Positions 40,985 to 54,091 of a DNA stretch of 64,000 bases are shown here, one piece after another. Position 1 is the first letter of the stretch, and every line of letters starts with the position of its first letter. Origin of the DNA: Geosiphon pyriformis uo1 (lineage: Eukaryota; Fungi; Glomeromycota); the NCBI GenBank assembly GCA_016748015.1, contig JAAOMT010000660.1, positions 124,001 to 188,000 of the forward strand, read 5' to 3'. The position numbers and the translations under genes are program-made. Below the pieces are notes generated by a model. It saw only the letters and a program-made list of their open reading frames with translations, was not told the origin of the DNA and ran no database searches.

Positions 40985-43900
40985 GTGGTTTAATATGGAA
41001 AATAGCTACGTGTAATATTTGGGGCATCAATGTTCCTGCCAAACAGAACAATGTTGTTTGTTGGCACAAAGATTCAGGTAATATGGTGTCTATAGTGATG
41101 GAGACAAAATTAAAGCCCAGCATTAGGCCATGGATTATGAACAAGTTTGAGGATGTGCACATTTTTACATCTGGTCTGGACAGTGGGTTTTTTGGGGCTG
41201 GCGTGGCAATAATTATAAACAACTCTTTAGCTCGACATGTTTCCAAGATAGAGGAAGTTCCTGGTCGCATCATTTCAGTACATCTTCTTTTCAAGGGCAG
41301 AGTTTTGGTTTCAATCATTGGTTTGTATGCTTGTGCCTCTTCAGGTGACCAATTTGAGCAGACATTCAATGTTAATTCTTTTATAGCTCAGGTAGTTAAT
41401 GCCAGCAGCTTTGTTGTCTTGGGCAGTAATTTTAATGAATGCAGTTCTAAAAAAAGTGCTAGTTATGGATTTTGTTTGAATCTGGGCTTAGTTAATTTTT
41501 TTGGTGGACATTCTCTGGCTGGTGCCTTTACTTGGAGCAATTCGAAAGGTGTTAAAAAAGTTATTAACCATATCTTGGTTAGTAAGTTCCTAATTTTGGC
41601 TGTGGCCAGTCATAAGATTGGCTCTGTGTCTGAATTTTTTGACACTAATCACAAAGCTGTCTCAGTCTCAGTGAGTTTGGGTGGGCTTTTGAATGTTTGA
41701 TTGGGAGTTTTATGCAAACAAGCGAACAAGGATTGTTGGAAATTCAAGTTAAAGGGTGTGAATGTTAATGGGTGAAAACATTTTAAGGAGTGTTCTGTGG
41801 GCAAATTTTTGAAGAGATCAGTTGATTTTTATGCAGCAAAGCACATTAGCAATTTAGATAACATGTGGAATATTCTCAAAGAGGTGGTGGTTGATTCTGC
41901 TGATGATATTTTCTTTAGGCTCTGGTTTAGTGAGTTTGAAGATATAAGATTTAAGTTGTCATCTAAGTTTCATGGATTGGAATTGCTAATGTTCAAAATT
42001 GCTAGTAGTTTAAATTTGGGTCTGGATTTAGAGACTGGATACTTGGTTAATACATGGTCAAGCATAGATAACATTAAGACATCTAAGGTTTGTGTTATAA
42101 TCGATATGAATAGCAAGATTGAGGATATTTTACATCATATTTTGGTCGTTAAAAAAGGTTACTGCAAGTCCAAGTATCACAAATCCAAAGTTACCAGGGA
42201 TGACTCCATCAAAAAAACTATATCAAGATACATGGAAAACTTTTGTGTGAATAAAGAGCAAATAATAAATAGCATTCTAGATTAACCATTTAGGAAAGTA
42301 GTTCTCAATCATTTGATTGTGGACGATGAGCTTATTTTAAAGCCCCAGACAGTCAAGTCTTCAATTGATACTATAATAGAAGGTTGGACAAGGAAGTGCT
42401 TAGTTGCTGGTAATCTGCCAGATCATTGAATCATTCAGTATGCTCTCTTAGATTATGTTGGTGATAATACATTTTCTGGAGTTATGAGTAATGTCAACAT
42501 GAAAAAACTTCTGCAGGTTATTAGAAACTTGCCAGATGGCAAAGCTGCTGGGCTCTCTGGTATTCCCAATAAACTTTAGAAGTATAGTGATTCTTTGATC
42601 TTTAATAGTCTTTTGAGTATTTTCAATAGGTGTTTGATATTTGAAGAGGTTCCTGAGCAATGAAGAAGGTCTTGGGTTTCCATGATTCCTAAACCTTATA
42701 ATTGGGAAAGCACTTTTACTAATACTAAGCCAATTGCACTAATTGAAACTGCATGGAAGATTTTGTCTAAAATTCTTTTAAACAGGATCTTTTTGGCTTG
42801 CAGCAAGTTTGATGTTTTGCATGGTGACAATTTTTTGGTGTTGAAAGGCACTTCTATACAATCTCTTATTTTTGCTATTGGCTCAATTGTAGAAGATGCT
42901 CTGGAAAAAAACAGGAAGTTGTGGCTGGTTCTTCAGAATATGTACAAGACCTATAACTCTGTCAGTTGGTCTCATTTGCTCAATAGTTTGATCAAGATTA
43001 AAATGTGTTCTCATTTCATAAACTTTTTTGGTAACATACACAATAGTAGATTCAATCAAGTTATGACGGATTTTGGTCTGTCTGATGGTTACACTGTGCA
43101 TGATGGTCTGGATCAAGAAGAAGTGTTTTTGCCACTACTATGGCATATTTTCTATGATCCGTTGCTATGCAAAGTTAAGAAACATGAACAATTGTATGGC
43201 TATCAAATGTGTTTAAGATTTTATGCCAAATTTGGCAAATCTGATCAGAATAATAACAGGACTTTATTTTTTGCTGCAGGAGTCTTTGTTAATGACACAA
43301 TTTGGATTGGTAATTGTTTGGCAGTGATGCAAAATATCTTGAACATAGCAAGTGAATTCTTTTCTATCAATAACATTTCAATAAACTCTGAAAAAACTGT
43401 TGCTATCTCTATCAACCAAGGTGTTAAGGAGGCTGAACTATTTATTAGTGGGTCAAGTATTTCAGTGGCCAAGAGGAGTGAGTTTCATTGATATTTGGAG
43501 ATTTTTCTGTCAACTGAAAGCCTTTTCAAGCCAAGTTTAGCCAAAGTGCACAATGATATCAAGTTTTTTTTGAATGTAGTTTTAAGAAAAACCATCACTA
43601 AAAAGCAATTTTTATATTTGGTTTTTGCTGTTCTACATTCTATTATTTGTTATAGACTTCAATTTAGTTTTGCTTCTAAGGGTGTGTGTGAAAAATGGGA
43701 CAAATTGTTAAGAAAAAGGCTCAAGTTCAAAGCAAATTTGCCTAGAGACTTTCCTAGTATGGCACTACATCATTCTAAGCTGTATGGTCTGAAGCCTTTT
43801 GAGCAAGTGCTTTCTGAAAGTTTGTTGGCCAATCTGATCAATTTTAGTAATGCTGGTAAAATTCTCGGCAAATTTTTCGACCACAGAGCGATAGACTTAC

Positions 43901-45666
43901 AGACTGTTAGCTAGATGCCCCAGCACCCTCTCTGTTTTCCGGTCACATTATCTATCAATCTTTTAAACTGTTTTTTGGCTGGCACTACTTAAGTACTCGC
44001 TTCGTGCAAAGCCTCATTGGGTGATGCATTTTCTAATGTTTTTCAGGCTGGAACTGGTGTGCCAATTTTGGACGTGCTGGGCCTAGATGGTTATTTGAGT
44101 GTTAAAAAATCTCTCATAAAATATGGCCTCATTTTCGCCAACCAATTTTTAGATCATCATGGTGAATGCTTTACTTAAAACACTTTTTGCAGGTGGAAAA
44201 AACTCGACCCAAGAGATCCGATTTCTACCTGGTTTGTTTCTGTTACTAATTTTATCATTAATGGTGGTTTGGACATCATAGTGGATGTGGTGTTCCATTC
44301 TGCTCCCACCATATTTTTCCATGATATTGGTTTTACTTCTGAGCATTTATTGGCCTTTGGGCATGAATCTATTGAAGTTTACATTGATGGGTCTGTTAAG
44401 AGTTTGGGGTCAATTGGTATCTGTGGTGGCGCTGCTGCTTACTTTCCAAGAGCCAATACTAGCGTTAGTATAAAGGTTCTTGGCTTATTGTCCTCAACAC
44501 TGGTGGAGCTACAAGCTATCACTTTGGCACTGAAATGTGTACCTGTCTCTAGCACAGTTGAATTGTTCACAGATAGTCAGGCATTGTTAGACATTTGTAA
44601 ATTTGACATAGGCATGTCTGTTCCTGATTTTCGCCACAAGTGTTGAATTGAGAAGAAGCACATTTGTCAAGTCATTTTAAAGAAAAATCTGTCAGTCAAT
44701 TGGAGAAAGATCAAAGGACATTCAGGTGTTGTCAAGAATGAATGAGTGGATTTTCTTGCTAATGCTGCAGTTTTCTCTAAATCTATGCTATTTCTGGACA
44801 TGCCATATTGATTTCTTAGGATTGAGGACAGATCTGTTTCTGGGAATACACGTCATTTCGTTAAAAACTTGTTCGATGCCATTAATTTTGTCAAGTGGGA
44901 CTCCAGATGTGACACTAGTGTTGTTGAGGTTGGTGATGCTGGTGAAATTGACATACACAAGTCATTCAATGTTTGGCACCCTGATAGTAGGATCTGCTCT
45001 GGTTATACCAGTTTGTCTTCAATTTTTATGTGGTCTTATCTTATGAAATCTTTACATCGTCACCTGCCGGTCGTCATAAGGAAAAAATTGTATAATCCCA
45101 GATATTCTAGCATAATATGTATTAGGTGTGGTATAGTCGAGAACTCCGATTATCTATTTTTATGCTCACATAATAACAATGCCAAGAGGATTGTATTGTT
45201 TTTCATTAGGGAAAGGTGGTGCGAGATAGCTGGTGATTCCACTATAGAAAGTGGAATGATAAATTCTTTGCATGAAGCTAAGTTATCCTTTAGTTTGTAC
45301 ATGTTGTTGGCCAAGAGATTTGTGTTGAAAAACTGGACGGCTGATGCTATCTGGTGTCTTGGCTTAGATTCAGATGGCCGTACAATCATTGATTTGGTTT
45401 ATAGTTTAGCAAAGTGCCATAGGTCAGACATTTAGTTGTCTGCAGCCAAATTGAGAGTCTTCTATGAAAAGCACAATCTGTTACCATGTAATGGATCTGT
45501 GGTGCCATTAGTTACTAGTTTGTTGGACCTCTGAGCTGTTGATGTTGTCCATGGTCTCGGTATCAGATTGGGTATTCACATGAGCTTTGATTTGTGTCTT
45601 TGTATTGCTAATTTGGGTTTCAGTTTTTTGTGTAATATTCCTTTAACAGATTCTATGAGTGCGTAG
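40981..45666 (+). pseudogene. LINE ORF2: AP endonuclease - reverse transcriptase - RNase H - Zn knuckle
   Basis: IATCNIWG, METK, GSNFNE (GDFN), TNH (TDH); KAAGLSGIP, KPIALIE, QNMYKTYNSV (QDM.KAYDSV), GLDQEE, FVND (FVDD); YIDGS, ELQAI, TDSQ, KGHSG..NE; CIRC. One frame throughout, about 15 stops. Confidence 0.93.
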
Positions 45667-46078
45667 TGCTGCTTTGACTAAGTCAAGTGTCTGGTCATGT
45701 GTAGAAAAGGCATAAGCTATACTTAATTTAGAATCTAGTTTGATTTTATGTATTTAGATAGTAGTTGGGCTGCACTCATAAAATTCTAATAAAAAAAAAA
45801 TTATTATTATTATTATAATAATAATATTTAAAAAACTCATATTTTAAGCTTATAAATAAAAATTCAATTATTATATTAAATATATAAATATTATATATTT
45901 TTTATAATTTAATTTTTTTAACATTAAAATTATTATTATATTAATTATTAACACAGCAAAAATTAATTATATTGGTAATATTTAATTTAAATTGCTTTTT
46001 TGTTTTTAATTGTTGTTTAATTTGTTTTTATTTAGTTTTAAAAATTAAATTTTAGCTTATTTTTTAAATTGTTTAAAA

Positions 46079-49000
46079 TTTTTTTTTTTATTAAGATTTA
46101 ACAAATATGGCTTAATTATTATTTAAAAATTAGAAACAAATTAAGTATTTTAGAGCTAAATGTAATTTATATGCTTTTTATATATAATCAGCTATTTAAG
46201 CCAATTTAGCCAATACTATATTGTTACAATAAAAGTAAATTTATCCAAAGCCAACATTCTTTAAACTATATCAAATAATCTAATATTATAAGAAATTAAT
46301 CTAACCAGCTATTTAGCTGTTTTAAAAGATCAATTTTAGTACTATTAGGTTTATGTATTCAAAAAGACATTAAATTAAAAAATTTATTATTATTAATGCT
46401 AATTAAAGAATCTAAATTATCAAATATGTTAACATTATCTATATAATACTTTTTTTTCAATAAAACCACTTTTTTTTCTAACTTATCAACAACTTTGCTA
46501 AAAAAACTCAAATAAATCATAAGTTCATTAATTTTAAAACTAAAACACTGCTTAAAATTTAATAAACTGTTCAAACATAGTAACCAAAAAGCTAACAAAC
46601 TTAACAATTAATCCAACCAATACAAAAACTTTGGCCAGATCAGATTCCAAAAAAAACAATTAAAACAATATCAAAAAGTTATTAACAATAACAAAAAAGA
46701 AGCAGAAGTTATTAAAAATAAAAATTCAGAAGAGTTCAAAGGAGCAGAAACTTTGGTATAAGACTTAGATTTTATAAAATAGGATATAAACATTTTGAAA
46801 GCCTTAAAAAAAGAAGATAAAAACATTTTATAATCTACAGCCAAATAACTTATTTTTTAATACCTAAAACAGTATCAACAGCCAAAAGTTTTTCACCAGA
46901 TGTGGCATTTTTTTAGCATATCAGTTTTGATTATAGTAATATCTAAATCTACTTGAAAACCAAATATAACCAGAGCAAACTAAGAGCAATAACCAGAATT
47001 AGAAAAGCAGAGAATAAAACAAGTCTGATTATTAATTTAAGAGATTATATTACTAATCTCAAAAACAGTACAGCCAAAGAGAAGATTGATCAATTTGGCT
47101 TTAAATCTATTATGAAATATAATAATTTTATTTTAATTTACTAAGAAAAAAATTCTAATACTATCTTTATTTACTAAAACTCATTAGTGATTCAAAACAA
47201 ATACAGTAAAATCTAGTTTATTAAAATAAACAACCACATATTGCCAAATACCAATAGACTTTAGCATAATACAGACAACTTTATTAAAAACACTAAAAGC
47301 TGTTGTTATCAGAAGATTTTCATGCTTTTTAATACAAAAATTACAACACATACAATGAAAATTAACATCAAAATTATGCAAAAAAGACCTATATTATTAC
47401 ACTTAATCAACAAAATTAGCTGACAATCTGAAAATAAATGATCAGCAATCAGTCTAATTACAACAAAAAAATATGGCACAATTCAACAGTTTAACTAAGT
47501 TGGATACAAAAAAATCTTGGCAAACCAAAAAACACTAATGGAAATAAATAATTAATACATGTAATTTGATAACAACAGATTTTGTTATGCTTTAAGATTC
47601 TCATATACTCTTATTAAAACAATCTAATATTCCAGATCTGTGATCAATAGTTAAAAGTAGTTACCAAAAAATGTAATCAATTGATTTACTTCTGATTATG
47701 TTAATTATAATCACAATTAATATTATTGATTTACAATCAATGTTTTAGATTCAGCCATCTAAAATCTGATTATTTAAATTATTAATTCTTGGATAAATAA
47801 CAAGCTAAATAAGCTTATTATGAATTAATTAATTCAATATATATAAATAATTGATATATTTAAATAGTTTTAATATAGTATATAAATCTAATATAATTTA
47901 TCTATATATATATAGCTTTTCTGTTAGCTCAGAAAAGTATTAATTCAATACTAAACTAACTTTTTGCTATAGTTTTATAGTGAGCAGTTAGTTCTCTTTT
48001 CTATTTTTTATTCTTTCTTTCTCTTTTTCTATGCTGTAAATACTTGTTATCACAATCTCAAGTATGCTTTTCTATATTTTTTATCACTATTTGGAATTAT
48101 GTTGTTTATAATCTTTTACTTACCTCTTATTATCATTTTAAGTTGTTTTATTACTTCTAATTTTTCAAAATTTTGTGTTATCACTATTTTATATTAAGTC
48201 TTGTTTTACTAAACAAGTTGCTAAATATAAAAATAAGTAATAAAATATCACATTATTAGAAAGTGGTCTCAACAATAAAAAGTTTAATCAAAATTTATTT
48301 CAGTTATGTTTTATTTTCACAATTTTTTTATAACTTCTATAACTTTATTTTCAAAGTAGGTATTTAAACACCACATTCTTTTGATGACTAATTGAAAAAA
48401 TTCTGGTTACATATTTATTAAAGTAGTTGGTTTTACTTCTGTTGTTGGTTGTGTTTCTGATACATATAAAGAGATGTGATTTTTCTTTCCCTTTTAAAAT
48501 ATCTAAGATTAGTTCTTGCCCAAAAACAAATAATAATGACAATATTTTCTTTCACTTTTAAAAACTTTTTTATGTATTTTTTTTTGCTTTTCTACTTACT
48601 AAAATAGTTCATACACCTATGATATGCTATAGTTAATAGCATAATTATGATAATATATGTTACCAATTAAGCTAAGAAATGTTTCTAAATAATGACAAAA
48701 ACCACTGATAATACTGTCTTAATATTAACAACAAATATATTCAAAGGCATATTATGCAGTATAATAGCAGCAAAAAAGAAACCAGACTCAGAAATTACCA
48801 AAAACTTAGCAAATTTAAAAGTAGTTAAATGAACAAAATTTATAAGTTCAACCAAAAAAACAGTTTTCAAAGATTTTTAAAAAACAAATTTCATACAGAA
48901 AAATTTTACATTGTTCTTTAATACTAATTTTACACCCAAAAAATTATGTACAAATTAGAAAACAGCTTTAATATAAGTTAATTTGATCTTAAAAGTAGTA

Positions 49001-49772
49001 TTAAACACCAGAGTAGAGACTATTAACTTAGTAAACTTTTAATAATTAGTAATAGTTTTTTAAACACTACTAGTGACAGCACCAGAAACCAAAAAAAAAA
49101 TTGAATCAGTTTTTATCTAATTAGCTCAGTTCTTAAAAACAAGTAATTTAACAGAAAACTGTTGTTTTGTTTTTAAAACTGATAATAATTTGCTAAAAGA
49201 CATTACATTTAACAATACAATCTGTAATTAATCTTGACTTATCTTAAATAATGTACTAAATAATATAATAGAGATTTCATTTAAAATTTCATTAAAAACC
49301 ACAAAAAGTTTTAGTATAATAATAGTAAAAACAAGTAACTGCTCCTACTTTTTTGAACTTTTGGTTTTTTTAATTATTTTTTTTAAAGAAAAGATATTAA
49401 CAACACCAAATATAAAAACTACAGAAAAAAAAACCAGTTTGTTGACTAGTTTATTATTAAAAATTTTTGGGCTCTTTAAAAAAATAAAAACAACACTAAA
49501 ATTAATTTAAGTATTTTTTTGAGAAAACTTTGACTGATGAAAAACCAGTCAAAGATAAAAAAAATGCTTTAATAACTGTTAAAAACAGTTTTTTACAATT
49601 ACTAAGTAAAAAAAAAACTTCTAAAATGTTCTGCTTAACTGTTTTTATAATAAAAAAACTTTTCTGGTTAAAATTTTGTAAAATACCAAAAATAAAGTAT
49701 TAGTTGTAATTATTTTACTTTTTTCTTTGGTTATGATCATAAAATTAAGGAGACAAAAATTTTTTTTATTTC
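46079..49772 (-). mobile_element. ORF1-only non-autonomous retroelement (copy C), eroded and interrupted at about 47310-48690
   Basis: 5' GAAATAAAAAAA, ATG at 49740 (MIITKEKSK..KQNILE), RRM-like LHNMPL..IKT..F and LKSIGIWQYVVVYF, a coiled-coil C-terminus, then directly the LINE-type 3' tail and poly(A) at 46079-46089. The two halves could be separate copies. Confidence 0.6.
47439..48274. mobile_element. Probable solo LTR (about 836 bp)
   Basis: TG...CA ends (TGATCAGC...GTGGTCTCAACA) flanked by the 5-bp direct repeat ATAAA; internal TATATATA followed by a pyrimidine tract. Confidence 0.5.
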
Positions 49773-50004
49773 AATTATTAAATAAACCAAAATTCGATTA
49801 TTAATAAGTTAAATTTATTATAAATTAAAAAAATAAATAATTATAATAAATTTTTTAACTTTTTTTTAATATTATCTTCATATTTTTTATATATTTAATA
49901 TTATTTGTATGTAAAATATAATAATTTATTGGTTTTAAATAATTTACTATTAATAATTTTTTAATATTGTTTTTTTATTAAAAAAATATTAATTTAATTT
50001 TTAA

Positions 50005-52800
50005 TTTTTTTTACAAAATATAGTCTAATTATTAACTATAAAATAAAATTTTAAGATTTTAATAATTATAATTTACATATTTTTTTATATATAATTAGCT
50101 AAATTAGTTAAAACTAAACCAAACTAAATTAAAAAAAGCCAAAAATAAATTTAATACATTAAATTTATCAAATACAACTATTTAAATTTTAATTATTAAA
50201 AATAAATTCACTTAAAAAAAATTTGGTTTTTTTTAATATTAAATATTTAAAAGTTTAATTACTTAAAAAAAATGTTTTAATAATATTTTAAATATTATTA
50301 TTAAACCAATTAAAATCTATTTTAATCTTAAAAAAGCAAAATTTTTAAACAAATTAGCTAAAATTACAACAAAATTTGAAATAATACTATTTATTATAAC
50401 TAATTGGTTTTTATTTTAAGATTTTTTAATTATTAATAATTAAAAAAAATATAATCAAAGCAACCAAAAAATTAATTAATTTAACAATAAATTTTATTAA
50501 TATAGTTAAATTAAAGATTTAAAATTTTAAAAAATTTAATCTAAAACTGATTATAATATTAGCAATAATAAAAATAACCAAAAGTACAGTAACAAAAAAA
50601 ATTAATAAGACAAAAGTTTTAGTATAAAACTTAATATTAATAAAATATAAATTAAAAACTTTAAAATTATTAATAAGTTTGTAAAAAAAACTTTGAAAAA
50701 AAATATTAATATTTTATAATTAATAGTTAAATAATTTAAATTTTAATACTTAAAATAGTATTAATAGTTAGAAATTTTTTATTAATATATAATATTTTTC
50801 AAAATATTAATTTTAATAACTATAATATTCAAATTTTTTAAAAACCAAAAATAATTATTGCAAATTATAAATATTAAACAAAGTTAAAAAAATATAAAAT
50901 AAAATAAATATAATTATATATTTAAAAAACCATATAACAAAAAAAAATTAATTAATTTAGCTTTAAAATTATTATAAAAAACAATAATTTTATTTTAATT
51001 AATCAAAAAAAAACATTTTAATGTTGGTTTTTTTATTAATATAAATCAATAAGCTATTTGGTCATGGATTGCAAGATTTTCCTGTCTCTCACTCCCAAGA
51101 TTCCCAAGGTTTTTAAGTCTTATTTTGTGAATTCTGCTTCATATGCCAAGACTACTGCTCCTTTTAGTCTTTCTGAGTTTCCTCCTTTAATGGCTTCTTC
51201 AGCTGCTTCAACTGCTGATTCTGCTGTTGGTTTTAGATTGAACTCTTTGGAAAAGCAGATTTTGGATTTGGCTGCTCTGGTTAAGTCTATTGTTGAGCCT
51301 GTTGGTTCTTTAGTTGCTTTAGTGTCTCGTCTTCTTGATGATAATACTGTTAAGGCTGTTCAAGTTGAGAAAAATATCATTTCCATGAAGAGTGTTGCTA
51401 ACAATTTTGCTGACCTTATGGTTAGAGTTTCTAAGGACATTGCTTGTCTTAGATCTGAGGTTAACTTTGGTGGTATAGATTATAATAGTATGTTGGCTGC
51501 TAAGCCTTTCTTTTTAAGTAAGGACACTATAGATCATGTTATTGCTTTGTGGCAAATGTCTGGTGCTGAGACCAAGAGCAATATTGAGTCTACTAGATTG
51601 TTTCTTAGTGAGTTTATTTTTGACTCTAGGAATCTGAATGGTATCATTGAAAGAATTTGTGAGTTGGGGTTATTCTCACCTACTTTTGATTCAATATAGT
51701 GAGTCTTTGATTGGACCAAATGTCTGATCACGTGTAGAAAATGCATGATTTATGCCTATAATATAATCCCTTCTGTGGTATCATAGTTTTAGGTAGTATT
51801 TGGGTCTCGTTCACTAAATAATAATAATAAAAAAATATAAATCAATAAGCAAAAACAATATTATTAACAAAAAAGTTTTGAAATAAACAATAACATAAAA
51901 CCACAAATTAGAAGATTTTAACTTAAAAAACACAATTTTACCAAAATTATTTAAAACAGTTTTAATATTATTAACAATAATATTATAAAAAATATTATAA
52001 AAAAACAATAACAGAAAAATATTAAAAATCAACAAAAATTACAAAAAACTTTACAATTTTAAAAATAATAAAAAAAATAATTAAGCAAGTTTAATTTGTA
52101 TAATAATATTTAAAAAAACTTGAAATACAAATTTTACATAAAAAAACTTAATATTGTTTTTTGTAATTAAATTCAACTTAAAAAAACCATGTAAAAATTA
52201 GAATATTGTCTTAATATAAATTAATTTAATCTTAAAAATAATATTAAATACTAAAGTAAAAGTTATTTACTTTACAAACTTTTAATAATTAATAATTATT
52301 TTTTAAGTATTATTAAAAATAATATCAAAAAACAGAAAAAAAATATAACTTTAATTTCTATTTAATTAATTTAACTTTTAAGATTAAATACTTTAATAAA
52401 TTAATTAGTTAATAATATATATAAAAACATGTTTTGTTTTGTTTTATTTTTAAAATTGGTAAAAATTAATTAAAATTAATATATTAAACAATATAATTAA
52501 AAACTAATCAAAACTATTAAGTAAAATAATTAACAAAAAAAATATATTATATATAATAATAAAAACAAATATTAAACTTTAATAAATATATTGTTATTAT
52601 TATTGTTTAAAAAAAACTGAATAAAATCAATGTTTTATTTTTTATAAAAAAAAAAACAAACTTTAAAATATTAAAAAACACTAAAAAAAACATTTTCAAA
52701 AATTTTAAAGAAATTGGTTGTTTAAAAAAAAAATTGTGATTTTTTTATTTTTTACTTTGATTGTGTTTATAAAAATATAGAAAATAAATGTTTTTTTTAA
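50005..52800 (-). mobile_element. ORF1-only element (copy D), very heavily eroded, host of copy A
   Basis: Relict start ..TIKVKNKK near 52770, IKTVLNNFGKIV..KSSNLWFYVIVYF (ORF 51814-52035), and an eroded 3' tail near 50005-50115. Confidence 0.55.
51055..51833 (+). mobile_element. 5'-truncated ORF1-only retroelement (copy A) with an open 213-codon ORF1 C-terminus
   Basis: The ORF stop at 51699 is followed immediately by the LINE-type 3' UTR and a (TAA)n/A tail. Perfect 17-bp TSD AATATAAATCAATAAGC at 51038-51054 and 51834-51850. Confidence 0.88.
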
Positions 52801-54091
52801 TTATTTTTATAAATAAAATTTTAAGATTATTAACATATTTTTAAAATTTATTAAATAAACAAAATTTATAAAAATCATATATTTTTTTAAAAAAATGTTT
52901 TTTTGTTTTTATACTTTTATATTTTTATATTATCAAATCAAAAACTTTTTGATTTAAAACTAATTATTTTAAATAGTTTTATTATAAATATAATCAAAAC
53001 CAAAATTAAAAAAACCAAAATTTTAATATTAGTATTATAAATAGATTTTTAAGTAATATTTTATAATTTAGTATTATTATATATTGGTTTTATTTGAAAA
53101 TTTTATTAAATTAAAAAATTTGTTGAGATTTTTTGTATAAAAAACAGAAATTTAATAATTTAATAATTTTTAATATTTAATATTTAGTGTTTTTTATTTT
53201 TTTAATAAATTATTTAATTTTAAAAATTAATTTTATGTTTATAATATATGTTTTTATTAGATTTTATAATTTTAATGTTTTTTTATTCAAGTAATATTAA
53301 CAAAAAATAATAAATCTTAAAAATCAAAAAAAATAAATAAAATTTATTAATTAGTTTAATAATATAAGTACAAATACAGACAAAATAATTAAGCTTAATA
53401 AAAAATAAAAAAAATTATATAAATACTTTAATAATTATAATGTTTAAAATTTTTTAAAGTATTATTATAAATAAGTTATTTAAATAAAATAGTGTGTTTT
53501 TATGTAATATTAATATTTTAAAGATGTGTTTATATTTTAAAAGTTTTTATTATGTTTAAAAATTTTATTAATTAACTTTTAAGTTGTATTTATTTAAGAT
53601 TTTTAGAAAAAACAAAAATATTAAAGCTTTTTAAATATTAATATTAATAATAATATGTATTAAAATTACTATTTAATTAAATAATTATAATTGTTTTTAA
53701 TTGTATTTAGTTTAATTTATATTACTTAATTATAATTAATAAAATTTAATATTATATTTTTAATAAATTAACAATTTTCAATAAAATTAAATCTTAAAAT
53801 TGATTTTTTTTTATCAAATTATTATAATAGTAAATTACTTTATTATAATAGTTAAATTATTAATATTAAATTATTTTGTGTATTTTTTGGCTGTTTTTAA
53901 ATTAACTAAATTTTTAATAAATAAATAAATAAAAATTAGTATTTGTTTAAAAATAATTGATTTAAGTTATTAATATTTTAAAATATGTAATTAGTTTTAA
54001 ATAAAAAAAGCAATTAAATTTTTAATAAAAAAAAATCAAGTCTATAAATATTAAATAAAAAATATTTTTATTAAAATTTGAAAAATAAAGA

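Larger units (their letters stand above)
38976..45800 (+). mobile_element. Full-length non-LTR retrotransposon (LINE) with RNase H, inactivated by nonsense transitions
   Basis: Starts GGAATAAAAAA and carries ORF1 and ORF2, a 3' UTR and an A10 tail. Candidate TSD TTATTATTAT at 38966-38975 and 45801-45810 is low-complexity. Confidence 0.93.

Noticed and set aside
40818-41369. 183-aa antisense ORF across the LINE ORF1/ORF2 junction
   Set aside because: No recognisable features; most simply a shadow ORF of the coding strand.
39113-45666. Alternative genetic code or stop readthrough to explain in-frame stops in the LINE
   Set aside because: All three stop types occur, replacing Trp, Arg and Gln. 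Catalytic residues are also mutated and host genes use the standard code.
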